NCBI RefSeq assembly: GCF_004010195.1 | Contig: NC_057719.1 | Span: forward strand, 69,378,401-69,442,400 | Length of the DNA: 64,000 bases | Direction of reading: 5' to 3' | Source of the DNA: Chiloscyllium plagiosum | Lineage: Eukaryota | In this document: piece by piece, positions 26,290 through 39,060 of the stretch | How positions within the stretch are numbered: the stretch's first letter is position 1 | Layout of the letters: every line of letters begins with the position of its first letter | Position numbers and translations under genes: made by a program | The notes under the pieces: model-generated | What the model was told of the DNA's origin: nothing | Databases searched by the model: none | The model's input: only the letters and a program-made list of their open reading frames with translations

Positions 26290-26840
26290 ATTTGCTCAAG
26301 GAATATGAATGTCACAAACAAGGCCACTACTCATTACCCATTTCGTTCTAACTTTGACTAAGTGATGGCACCATGACAGTCCACATGCAGGTTTATAAAG
26401 AAGGACTTGCAGAATCTTACCCCAATAACAGTAAAGGAGCAGTGATGGAGTTGCAAGTCAGGATGGTGTATGGCTTGGAGAGAATTTTGCAGGCAGTGGT
26501 GTTCTCATGCATCTATTTCCCTCATTCTTCTAGGTAACGGATGCCATAGGTTTACTAAGAGGCCTCAAAAGGAACCTCGTGTAGATGTGCAGTGCAAGTT
26601 GCATATGGTACACATTGCTTCCACTGGTGCTAGCGGAAGCAGTGTGTGAATGCACTGCATTGACCTGGATTGTATCAGCCCAATCATGAAGGCAAGCAGA
26701 AAATTCAACTCCACTTTGGCCTTATAGATGATCAAAAGGCATTCTGAAGTCAGGTGTGTTACTAACTGTAAACATTTCTAGTCTCTGACCAGTTCTTGTC
26801 TCACTTTTTCAAGACTGATTCAGTTACCTTTCTGGTCAAT
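26290..26840 (-). mobile_element. Old CR1/L2-like LINE fragment
   Basis: Degenerate reverse-complement similarity to 33320-34090. Confidence 0.5.
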
Positions 26841-27561
26841 GTAGTATACAATATATTTTCCTTTAGGCAAATGAATGAGAACTGCACAACATAATTCTCC
26901 AGGGGTAGTTTCACAATATTTCACCCAGCTATTAAGCAGCAGTTGAGTGCATTGGACACATCATGACTGTAGTACTGAACACTTGTGCATTTCAGATTCT
27001 TCTTAAATGGTGAAAGATTGGAAAGTATTTATATCCAAAAGGTCTAAGGCAACTTTACTCTAAGTCACTGAAATTTAGCAGGTGTACACAGCAAGCAATT
27101 CAGAAGAAAAATGAAATACAATCAAATTATTACTTCCTCCTGTACTCAAATTTTCGTGTTGAAGACTAACAGACTGCTTGCCTTAGGAATTGCATGGGCC
27201 CAAAAGAAAATACAGAGAACTTTCCTTGCTTTTTGTCCCTGCAAAGATAGTGATCCCATTAAATTTAAAGAGCATGGCATAATGCTAATATATTTAATTT
27301 ATTCATATTTCTAATGCTCACCACATTAAGAGTGGACAGTAAACCCATGCATCTCAGGAACACTTGGTAGAAAACATGGTTTTCCGGTGTAAGGATTTTG
27401 ATCTGAAGCCCAGACACATTGCATTAACAGTTATATACATTACCACTTAATTTCTATTGTATCCTTATGAGTAAGACAAGCACAACATTTCTTAAAGTGA
27501 TGTTGTATGTTAATCGCAATTGTAAATGTGCCTTTCTTCCATTATTTGTTTCACCACTGAC

Positions 27562-27692
27562 CCTGTTGGGATCGATGCCATTCACTTGTCGGAGTTGATC
27601 AAGCATCCACTGTGACCTTCTCACAAAAGATGACGACCCTTCAAACTGCTTGACTTTGGTAACAGACACCAGTGCTGGTTTCTTATTGGTCA
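27562..27692 (-). CDS. STXBP6: Syntaxin-binding protein 6 (amisyn), internal coding exon, N-terminal PH-like domain (probably equivalent to the second coding exon in mammals)
   Basis: Translates (V)TNKKPALVSVTKVKQFEGSSSFVRRSQWMLDQLRQVNGIDPNR, closely matching my recollection of mammalian amisyn (VTNKKPTQASITKVKQFEGSTSFVRRSQWMLEQLRQVNGIDPNG). Acceptor ttttttatttcag|TG, donor AGG|gtcagt. 131 nt, phase 1 to phase 0. Confidence 0.95.
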
Positions 27693-28053
27693 CTGAAATA
27701 AAAAAGAATACAAGTCACTTATGTGACAGAAATACAGACAGCCCTTGTTAACTTGTTCACTCATAGGTAGTAACAATTTGAAAATGACAGTGATTGACTG
27801 AAATGAATAACAGCAACCAAATTATTTTTCAGGGATAATTTCAAAAAATTCCTAATTCACTCATCCTACTTCCATGGTCTCCAGGCACAACGAGGCAAAT
27901 TCAGGTCTTTTATAGCTTGATCTCCTTGCAGAAATTATCAATTACTCCATGTCAAGTGCTTCTTGAGATGTACCTGAACCAGTGCGGTCTACCTCTATCA
28001 AAATTCAAAACAAAATTCTACCAGTAACCTGCTCAAGACCTTATCTTCAATTG

Positions 28054-28249
28054 CTGAAAATGTGTTGCTGGAAAAGCGCAGCAGGTCAGGCAGTATCCAA
28101 GGAGCAGGAGAATCGACGTTTCGGGCATGAGCCCTTCTTCATGCTCGAAACGTTGATTCTCTTGCTCCTTGGATGCTGCCTGACCTGCTGCGCTTTTCTA
28201 GCAACATATTTTCAGCTCTGATCTCCAGCATCTGCAGTCCTCACTTTCT
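28054..28249. mobile_element. Penelope-like palindromic insert (family A)
   Basis: ~85-bp inverted arms with the tail on the right arm. TSD ttatcttcaattg (28041-28053) / ttaccttcaattg (28249-28261). Confidence 0.9.
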
Positions 28250-31200
28250 TACCTTCAATTGGGCAATTTCGCTCAAATCCATAACTTGGAATTTTCTATC
28301 AGGAGCAAGTTACGCTGCTCGTGGTTGATCTGGTAGAAAGTTACCCATAAAAATTTAAATGGCTGCTCTGTCTATTTCAAATTGTGTGACATTAATTTCA
28401 TTCCACATTAGCTGCAGGGAATTTCCAGCATTCAGCACCAGAGACGTCATCAAACAAGTTTAGCAGGTAATCCACACTGAAGGAATTTCACGGACAACAA
28501 ACAAGTAAAAGCCACTTTTTAAATGAGAGAAATAATGATGGGAATATACATGATTAAGAAATAAGTCAAAATATCAAACTTCTAAAAACTACACTTTTTT
28601 ATTTGAATAAAGAAACGCCAAAAACACAAAAACTTTTTTCAGATTTTACGGTGAGATAAGAAGGGTAAAATGTGGAAGTTCACATGAAATCAAGTAAACC
28701 AAAACTTTCAACTGTATGGACTGCAATAGTAAACTATGCAGAGGAACAAAGAATCATAGACAGTAATTCCTGGATGCATGTTTAAACTCACTGGGTAAAA
28801 ATCACATTCTCATTGAGTGTACTTTTTATTCCAGTTCTTAACCAGCCCAAATACTTTCTGCTCTACAGCCTTTGACTAGGTGCAATAGCTAATGCATTCT
28901 GTTTAAGAACCTTCACCTTGCTACTTCTCTTACAGCCTTCCAAAGAGCATTCAAAACCTGTATCTTGTCTTTAGTTATTAGTCCTGGTGTTTTTTTCCAA
29001 TTTCCAGTGCCCAGGAATTTTTCATCTTTGTTAAATACTGGACAAGGAAACAAAGCTTTCATTTTAATTTTGAGGTTGAATTCTGATCTCATCTTGAGCT
29101 TGACACATGATAGGATTTTCATCTAATTCAGAGTTTTGCAAGAACGAACTTTTTAGTATGAAAGGAACCATTGTTCTGAAAGCGAGCTGTACTATGTTCT
29201 GATGAAAGGTGTTTCTTTCTCCATAGATGCTGTCAGACCCGTTGAATATTTCCTGCTTCTTATTTCAGAATTCCAGGATCAGCAGAATGCTTCCCTTGTT
29301 ACACTATGTTTGCTCATGTAATCTGTGCTTAATGCCTCGCCTCACAGCACATACAGTCACACATTCTTCCATTATACCACACCATGACACAGCACTCAAT
29401 GTTTTCTACCTTAGAAACTGAAAGTTGGAAAGTAGCAGAATGAAGTAGAGAAATAAGGAAAAATACAATTAAGAAATAAAACCGATATAATTCTCAATGC
29501 TGAGCTATTCTAAAATGAGAGAGAAATTGATTAAGATTTTGTATGTGTATTCCAGTCACTATAGGAGGCAAATTGCTAAATATTATATTTTGTATTAAGG
29601 AAAATTAGCATGCCAGATATTTTCAGCAGAGCTATAATTAAATGATTCAGACTCCTATGTTGGATTTGCAAATTTCAGAAGATCATGTGACATTTCAACT
29701 GCATCCAGAGGCAGATTTAACCACTCCTTATTGCTGCTTTATCCCTGGTCTTTTTGCAGAGAGGTAATTGCCATTTGGAGTTATGATGTCATTAGGTTTT
29801 AGTAAAATTTCCATTTTACTATCTTGAGATGTCACTAGTGCATCTTGCATCAATACGATTTATCTCGAGTGCTGCCTCATGATAATGAGTGGCAGATAGT
29901 CAGCATTGTCTTAGAGATTTGGATATTATACAAATGGTATTTCATTGTAAATTATATCTAGTTCAAAAACTGCAATCACCAATTAAAATTGATTTATAAT
30001 TTTGCATTTGAGACAAAAATTCTAAATTAAAATACAGTACAGACTACAATTTTTTTTTACACTGATCATATGACATTAGCAATGTTGCTTTATCACAAAA
30101 ACTAATTCTACTAGATTGGCTCTGGGAAAGGAGTGTATTCAGGCACTAAACAGACAACGTTCCAAAATTAAACAGAAAGCCTCCACCAACTTTACCACTT
30201 GAAGTTATTTATTTTTATAACATTCCTTCAAGACACTGACTGAACTGAGAGGTTTGATTTATTTCCAGACTAGAACAACAATTGGCAGAGCATTTCAGCT
30301 TGCACTCTCAGGTTAACAAAACTTAGATACATGTATTGTTGCAGAGTTCCCCATTTAATTCAGTTTGTGTGCAGTTCATTAGATTAAGAATTTCACTAGA
30401 CAACTGACGTTTAACGACTGCACTTCTTAATTAGAATTTTTATTATTTAAAAGAATAACAAACATGAATTTTTAAATACTCGAAGTATAAATTTCAATAA
30501 TTTACATTTTAGAAAATACATGAAATCTGTCTGAAGGACTGAAATGTATGGAGAGTGTTTCACTTCAGTTTGCATTTTTCTTACAAGACAGAAACAGACC
30601 ATTCAACCCATCAGGTCATTTCCACCATTTTACTCCACATACATTATTCTGCCTGTCCTCATTACTATGTAATAACTCTATTACTGTGCTCTTCAATTTC
30701 TCGCTCAAGTCTTCAGCTGGCTACCACTTAAACGTAAGTAGAATATTTGTCTCAAGCACTCGCCAAATATTCTAAACTTTTTCACCCAAAGATATAAAAA
30801 GTGTATCTTAAATTGTCTATGGATTTATATACAATTTTAACACCAAGACAAACTAGACAGATAGTTGCAATGGAAGCAATTCTGATAGGCCTATTCACAT
30901 TTGAGTGAGGGTGACTTGGCTTTTAAAAAAATTCTAGATGATGAAACACACTCAACTTTACCACTTCATTTCTTCCAATGGTCACCCAAACAACACTCAA
31001 TCAGACATCATAACAGAAATACAGGGCATTAAGGCCATCAAGTTAGCACAAGCCTTTATCTTTCTCAGAATGGAGTTAATTTAATGATGCCCTCCTACTT
31101 GCACTACGTACCTTTTCAAACAACTGTTCATTTTGAAGGGCTTGCAGTAAGAATGAAAAGAGTGAAAATCGAGACTTCAGGAGCTAATTCTTCAACTTGC

Positions 31201-32539
31201 ATGCAATCAGCACCCAGTAACTTGCACACCTTGAGCTGGCTGTTTCTTTTTTTTTAATGCTTTCATTCTTTTCTCGTTATCTGAATCAATAGCTCTCTAA
31301 TTCCTAGTAACACCTTGTTGAAGATATTAGTGTTTGCATTGCTTTTAACAAAACAGAGTGGAAGCGCTCCTGCCACTTAATTTTTTATGCATAGAAAAGC
31401 CCTATTACTTCATTTCAAATTACCCACTTTTTTAACATATTCTTCTATAATGTATTAATTCTCTCTTTACACTTATTGCATGTGCTCCTCATTTCCTCGT
31501 ACGAACAGTTTGAATTAATTTCATTGTGTCCTCATTTAGATTAATGCTAATTAAAATGATTTTCTACATTACTCTACCATTGATGTCCATTTTCTCCTTT
31601 TGGAGAATATATTTATTTCATATTAGAGGATATTTGAACTGATTTGCTGACATATTCACCATTTTTTTTCTGCCCAGTTATTTGGGCCAGATTGGCCTAT
31701 CACAGCGAACACTTATTTTTCTAACCCCAATTTTTCACTGTTGACCTTTCAATATAGTTTCCTACTTTTAGCATTTTATGGTGTGATTGTTATTTCTTAT
31801 TTTCTTTGCCACGCTCACAGAAATAATTTGCCCCACTTGGTTTCTCAAAACTAAAACAAAAATAATATTTTATTTCCTTACTGGAATAGAAATTAATTGT
31901 CTAGAAATCAGTCATGATGCATTTTAAGTAGTAACAATATGGACTGACTGCATTCTTGTCTGTGCTCTGTTTTTTGAATCCTATTATTCTAACAATGCCC
32001 TTGAACGGTTTCCAACTCTACCTGTTTTGCACTGTTTGGTGGCCTGCAACATTCACGAAGAATTGCACAATTTCTCTAACTACTTCTTATCCATAGAGTT
32101 TGGATCAACGTTAGAACAATCAGGAAGAAGTTGGATTATGACAAAATCCTTCACAAATTGCGTCATTCCACCACATTGTCATAAATAGAAATATTATAAT
32201 CATGGCCCGTCAAATGTAAATCGCATCTCCTTATATTTACTAATTATATCCCTTAAAGTCATTAACCTCAGTTTTTGCTTAATGTTTTGCGTATTCACAG
32301 ACATAACTTAAAATCAAAAATCCATTTTTTTGGGATCATAGTTTTTTTTGGCCCTTGTCCTCCATATCCACAACTGTTTTTGCTTTGTAATGACTCAGTG
32401 CTTTCGCTACTTTTTCTCTCCCTCTCTTCTCCATATCACCACGCTCCCCCTCCAGCAGTACTTTCTTGCTTTTTGCTTCAGCTACACCTCCTCTTACAAA
32501 TCAAATTAATTTTGTTTTCCTCTCTAGTCCCAAAATTTA

Positions 32540-32966
32540 CAGGTGATCTTCCATCCAGTATCTGAAATTTACAGAAAGGAGTAAATCAAGGAGAAGATAC
32601 AGATCTGAATGACTTGTTTTAATAATTTTGACACAATTTCTGACTGCCTCTTGTCTATTGCCGATTCCTTGAACCGGCCTAACCTGTAATCAAGTGACTA
32701 CTGTAGCCATCTTAAGTCAGTATTGTCATGATAGGGACTGTCAATGCTCAGCTGTCATCTTTCATACCTGGGATATCACATGCAAGAACTGACTTAAGAT
32801 GGCCACAGTGGTCACACGATTGCAGGTTAAGCCAGTTCAAGGAATCGGCAATAGACAAGAGGGAGTCAGAAATTGTGTCAAAATTATTAAAACAAGTCAT
32901 TCATATCTGTATCTTCTTGTTTAACTCCTTTTTGTAAATTTCAGATGCTGGGAGGAATATCACCTG
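32540..32966. repeat. 427-bp foldback / MITE-like inverted repeat
   Basis: ~190-bp arms about 90% identical by manual alignment, ~48-nt spacer, termini TA-CAGGTG...CACCTG-TA. Confidence 0.85.
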
Positions 32967-33319
32967 TAGATTATCCCGCTTTTAACGAAAAAAATCACAT
33001 CTGGAAACTGGAATACACAAATTACTTTCAGGCAATTGCTTTTTAGCGGACTGGAAAAAAGAAATAATGATGGATTGAAAACAAAATTGAAAAGCTGTGC
33101 TCTGGCTTGCTGACTCAGCCTCTTGAAAGCACTTGGCTACAAAACAAAAACTAGAGAAACATCCATTCACCAATAACAAGGATTTCTACAAATTCAACAC
33201 TGCTGAGGATACAAATGATCAATTAATTAACAATGGTCTCAGGTTTAAACCTTCCACCTTAAGGATGCTTTTAACCAGGCCTACTCTTGGTCTCCCTTCT
33301 TGTACTACTCCCTCAGGGA

Positions 33320-34090
33320 GGAGCTGACAAATGGCAAGTAATATTATTGTCACACAAATGCCAGGCAATGTCTCTTATTGGAAGTGGTCAATCTAACCAC
33401 TGTCCCTTGACATTTAATGGCATTATCCTCTCAGAATTTCCCCATCAACAATCATGGAGTTACCATTAACTAGAAATTCAACTGGGCTCAATGAACATAG
33501 TGGCTACAACAGGTCAGAGGCTAGGAATACTGTGGTGAGTAACTCACCTCCCGACTCCCCAAAGCATATCCATCATCTGGAAGACTAATCGTTAGGAATG
33601 GGATGGAATACTGCCCACTTGCCTGGATGAGTGCAGTTTCACCAACATTCAAGAAGCTTGACACCATATAGTACAAAGCAGCCCACTTGATTGGCAGTAC
33701 ACCCACAAGCATCCACTCCCTCCATCACCAAAACTCAGTAACAGCAGTGTGCACTAAGAGACAGTGTAGAAATTCAAAGATCTCCAGACATCACCATTCA
33801 AACCCATGATCACTTTGGCATGGGCATAGGCAGCAGATACATGGGAACACTAGCATCTGCAAATTCCACTCCCAGTTACTCCCATCCCAATTTGGAAACA
33901 TGTTGCTGATCCTTCAGTATCACCCGGTCAAAATCCTGGAAATCCCTCCCTAAAGGCATTGTGGGTCAAGACACAGCACATGGATTTCAGCAGTTCAAGA
34001 AATCAGTTCACCACCATCTTCTCAAGGGCAACCAGGGACAAGCAATAAGTGTTGGCCAGGCAACAATATCCACATCCCAAGGGTGAATAT
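33320..34090 (+). mobile_element. Second LINE family (CR1/L2 clade) 3' end
   Basis: RT C-terminal-like sequence (DKWQV...KCQAM, gcctggatgagtgcag, aaatcctggaa.tccctccct) and a 3' UTR. A further fragment lies at ~21345-21515. Confidence 0.7.
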
Positions 34091-34099
34091 ACAAGTTAT

Positions 34100-34985
34100 T
34101 GTAACTGGCTGATTTTCAAGACTGGAGGATAGTGCACAATTATGTTTCCCAGGGGCCAGTTTTAGGGCTTGGTGTTTTTAATTGATTTTGATATTGATAC
34201 AGAACAAAATGTTAAAACTTTCTAATACCACCAAACCTCAGAAAAGAACACTAATTGTTTGCAACAGGACATAGATATGGTAGCAGAATGGTTAGACAGA
34301 ATTTAATAAGAATTATGGGATTTATTTATTTTGGCAGGGGGGTTAGGGAGAGAGAGAGAGAGAACTTTTCCACAAAATTTAATGTGCACAGGGTAAAAGG
34401 AATCTCAGGGTCTTATAGGCGGCACTAAACTCTTAGTTAAGAAGCCCAAGTACAAAAGCAAAGAAGTCATGTGCTAGAACTTGATAAAGCCCTGCCCTTT
34501 AGGATAATAGGGGGCCCTCAGGAGGCTGCAAACAAGATTTAGCATGATGGTTCCATGCATGAGGTATTTAGCTATAACATTAGGTTGGAGAAGCAGGGAT
34601 TGAATTCCTTGGAACAAGGCAAATTGAGGGGAGTTCAAACAGAAGTGTCCAAGATGATGCCAGGTTTACATAAGGTGGGCAAAAAAAGGCTTTTGTTATT
34701 GCTGATCAATCTGAGACTCAATCCTTTAACTAAGGGTTTGGACAAGGGATGATTTTGGGGAGGCACTTTTGGGGAGTGTGAAAAATAACTTCTAACATTG
34801 TGTAATAATGACTTTGATTCTCAGGAGGGCGGAGGAAGTGGACACAATTAAATGAAAATTTAAGTGGGCACTTGAGGGAAATAATATTGCATGACGATGC
34901 AGATAGAACCAAGGGATTGGGGCCGACTGGATTCCTCCAAAGAGTCAGCGTGACTCTACAGACCAAATGGATCTTTGCATGCTAT
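34100..34985 (+). mobile_element. Heavily decayed CR1 3' fragment
   Basis: ORF 34555-34752 RLEKQGLNSLEQGKLRG resembles CR1 RL..LGL.SLE.R.LRG. Confidence 0.6.
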
Positions 34986-36236
34986 AAATAATGCCATGGC
35001 TCAACTGTACTGCTTTCATCCACCTAACCTAGCCATATTGTCAGGAATTCTAATGGATTTCTTCAGCACATGCTGCTTTTCAATCTCTTGTTTTGAGGAT
35101 TTTTAGAAACATTTCCAAGAGACATTTCTAAATTACAAACCCAAATAAACTCTTTAACCACTGCCAATGTTATGCAATCTTGAACAACTTTTAATACTCG
35201 TGGCTCATGGTGCAAAACATTTTAATGATGGTAAATACCTGTTTATAGTTTTTGCGAACGCACAATGTCTGCTGAGTGCAAGTGCATTTTTTGTCTATTT
35301 TGGCCCCAATCAATCTCTTAAACAGATTGACAATAGCGCGAAAATCTTAAAGTAAGTTCTGTTTCACAAACATGGAGAATATTTTTAGTACCTTGACAAA
35401 AACTGCTAGTGCACACTACCAATACAAAGGATACTTTCTAGCTAAGTACTCAATATGATAGGTTGGTATAATTCCACATTACTGCCCATTTATTTAGGCC
35501 ATCAATTTACCATTGAATGCCGTTTAGGAAATCATATTAATGTCAGTAAACTTCAAGCTCAACTTGCTAAACAGGTTTTCTGGCTTCAAATGAAGTTCTG
35601 CCATCTCTAAACTGCAAGAATTAATGATCCAGAGGAAAGAAATGAAGAAAGGGTTCTCAGATGCTGTTAATCTTATAACAGAAGCTGTGGGAATTTAATA
35701 TAAAAATCTATTTTCTGTCACCATTTAGTCTGACTTCATTTGTTACAAAGCACTAGGCACAGCAAATTCTGTACAGTGTAAACTGGGAATGCACAGAAAG
35801 AAACACTCAATGGGAACCATAAGACATAAAATTTAGGAACAAGTTTAACCTCCGGGATCACTTTATGCTGTCCGTGATCAAATGAAAGTGATTTTTCAAT
35901 TATATGCCTCTTGAAATATTACCATCTTAATTATGAAAATGAGACCCAAGGAATTTTGAAATGTTAGCTTTGCGACATTTTCTTCATTCAGTAATTGAAA
36001 TTATCTTCCACCCACCATGTAAAAGATTAGCCAAACAACAAAAGTCATCACTTGGGATTCATTTTCAATTCAATCTTCATAATGATCCCAATGGCTCTGG
36101 AAATCTAGGGCCCTCTTGTCGTAACTTTCCCTACATCCTTCCAATAAAATATTGAAGTTAAGAAACTAACTAGTCTTGACTTCAAGGACATTTTGAATGG
36201 TTTTAGGGACGGAACCTCTTGCTTATTCCAAACAGG

Positions 36237-36650
36237 ATGTGGAGGAGCCAGTGTTGGACTGGGGTGGACAAAGTTAAAAATCACACACTACCAGGTTATC
36301 ATCCAAAAGGTTTATTTGGAAGCATTTGTGTTTGGAACACTGCTCCTTCATCAGGTAGCTGTGGGGTAGGATCATAAAGAGACAGAATTGACAGCAAAAA
36401 CAATTAATGTCATGCTACTGAAATGATATATTGAATAAACCTAGTTTGCTGTTAAGCCTTTCACTGTTTAGAATGGGTAGCAGGTTTCGGGTTCATTAAG
36501 TTCTTTTAAGTCACATTCTCGAAATAAGTTAAGGTTTTATGAAAAAAAAATTCAGACAATGTATTAAAGGTGTGAGGTTAGTGTCTATCTGTATCCCAAA
36601 CTTGAGTCAGACCAGTTCTATTTCCAAAGTGGGGAATACATAAAGTATTC
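36237..36650 (-). mobile_element. Penelope-like terminal fragment (family D)
   Basis: ggagccagtgttggactggggtggacaaagttaaaaatcacac...tgctccttcatcagg. Minus strand carries CTGATGA-A-GGAGCA-G-TGTTCC, a degenerate hammerhead. Confidence 0.6.
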
Positions 36651-36651
36651 G

Positions 36652-37523
36652 AGGAGAAAGTGAGAACTGCAGATGCTGGAGATCAGAGCTGAAAATGTGT
36701 TGCTGGAAAAGTGCAGCAGGTCAGGCAGCATCCAAGGAGCAGGAGAATCGACGTTTCGGGCATAGGCCCTTCTTCAGGAATGAGGAAAGTGTGTCCAGCA
36801 GACTAAGATAAAAAGGTAGGGAGGAGGGACGTCGGAAATGCGATAGGTGAAAGGAGCTCAAGGTGAAGGTGATAGGCCGGAGTGGGGGTGGGGGCGGAGA
36901 GGTCAGGAAGAAGATTGCAGATTAGGAAGGCGGTGCTGAGTTCGAGGGATTTGACTGAGACAAGGTGGGGGGAGGGGAAATGAGGAAACTGGAAAAATCT
37001 GAGTTCATCCCTTTAGTTGGAGGGTTCCTAGGCGGAAGATGAGGCGCACTTCCTCCAACCGTCGTGTTGTTGTGGTCTGGCGATGGAGGAGTCCAAGGAC
37101 CTGCATGTCCTTGGTGGAGTGGGAGGGGAGTTGAAGTGTTGAGCTATGGGATGGTTGCATCCGCTGCACCTGATGTGGCCTCCTCTATATTGGGGAGACA
37201 GGCCGCATACTTGCGGAACGTTTCAGAGAACACCTCTGGGACACCTGGACCAACCAACCCAACCACCCCGTAGCTCAACTCCCCCTCCCACTCCACCAAG
37301 GACATGCAGGTCCTTGGACTCCTCCATCGCCAGACCATAGCAACACGACAGTTGGAGGCAGTGCGCCTCATCTTCCGCCTAGGAACCCTCCAACCACAAG
37401 GGATGAACTCAGATTTTTCCAGTTTCCTCATTTCCCCTCCCACCACCTTGTCTCAGTCAAATCCCTCGAACTCAGCACCGCCTTCCTAACCTGCAATCTT
37501 CTTCCTGACCTCTCCGCCCCCAC
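36652..37523. mobile_element. Penelope-like element (family A): 3' end on minus strand plus inverted segment with GIY-YIG remnant
   Basis: ~265-bp inverted arms (~36888-37156 / ~37260-37523). The loop reads CIRCT*CGLLYIGETGRILAERFREHL on +. Full pLTR with tail at 36652-36781. Confidence 0.9.
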
Positions 37524-39060
37524 TTCAGTCCAACTTGTCCATGCCGACCAGATATCCCAACCTAATCTAGTCCCATTTGCCAGACATTGACCCATATCTC
37601 TCAGAACTCTTCTTAAATCATATACCCATCCAAATGTCTTTTAAATGTTGTAATTGTACCAGCCTCCACTTCCTCTGGCAGCTCATTCCATTCACGCACC
37701 ACCCTCTGCGTGAAAGAGTTGTATCTTAGGTTTCTTAAATCTTTCCCCTCTCACCCTAAACCTATGCCCGTTAGCTCTGGGCTCTCCAACCACAGGGAGA
37801 AGACCTTGTCTATTTACCCTATCCATGCCCTGCATGATTCTGTAAACCTCTATAAGGTCACCCCTCAGCCTCTGACGCTCCAGGGAAAACAGCCCCAGCC
37901 TATTCAGCCTGTCCATATTGCTCAAACCCTCCAACTTCAACAACACCCTTACAAACCTTTTCTGAACTGTCAAGTTTCACAACATTCTTCCTACAGGAGG
38001 GAGACTTGAATTGCACACAATATTGCAACCGTGGCCTAACCAATGTCCTGTACAGCTGCAACATGACCAATGCTCTGCTCCATAAAGGAAAGCATTCTAA
38101 ACGATGCTTTCACCAGCTTATTTACCCACAACTCAACTTTCAAGGAACTGTACCTGCACTCCAATACTCCCCATGACTTACTATTAAAATGTAGAAGTCC
38201 GGCCCTGATTCTTCAAAAATGCAGCACCTCACATTTATCCAAATTAAATACCATCTGCCACTCCTCAGTCCATTGGCCCATCTGATCAAAGATCCCATTG
38301 TAATCTGAGGTAACCTTCTTTGCTGTCGACTACACCTCCAACTTTGGCATCATCTGCAAACTTACTAACCACACCTACGTTCACATCTAAATCATTTACA
38401 TAAATGAAAAGTAGTGGACCTAGCACCGAACTTTGTGGCACACCACTGGTCGCAAGCCTTCAGTCTGAAAAGCACTGGTCCACTACCATCCTCTGTCTTC
38501 TACCTTTTAGCCAGTTCTGAATCCAAATGGCTAGTTCTCCCTGTAAGCCATGTGACCTAACTTTGCTAAACCATTCTACATGAGGAATCTTGTCAAACGC
38601 CTTACTCAAGTTCATACAGATGACATCCACTGCTCTGCCCTCGATCCTCTTCGTTACTTCTTCAAAAAACAATCAAGTTCAAGAGACATGATTTCCCACA
38701 CAAAGCTATTTTGACTATCCCTCATCAGTCCTTGCCTACCCAAATGCATGTAAATCCTGTCACTCAGGATTCCATCCAACAACTTGCCCACCAATGATGT
38801 CTGGCTCACCAGTCTATAGTTCCCTGGCAATTCCTTACCACCTTTCTTAAACATTGGCACCACATTTGCCAACTTCCAGTCTTCTAGTCCCTCACCTGTG
38901 ACTATCGATGATCCAAGTATCTCAGCACGGGGTCCAGCAATCACTTCCTCGCTTCCCAGAGTTCTAGGGATTTATCCACCTTCATGCATTTTAAGGCAGC
39001 TCGCATCACCTCCTCTGCAATATGGACATTTTTCAAGATGTCATCTATTTTCCCACATTC
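37524..39060 (-). mobile_element. CR1/HER1 LINE, RT domain to 3' end
   Basis: ORFs 38654-38944 (DWKLANVVPMFKKG...PGNYRLVS), 38460-38672 (VDVICMNLSKAFDKIPH) and 37692-37973. Confidence 0.93.
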
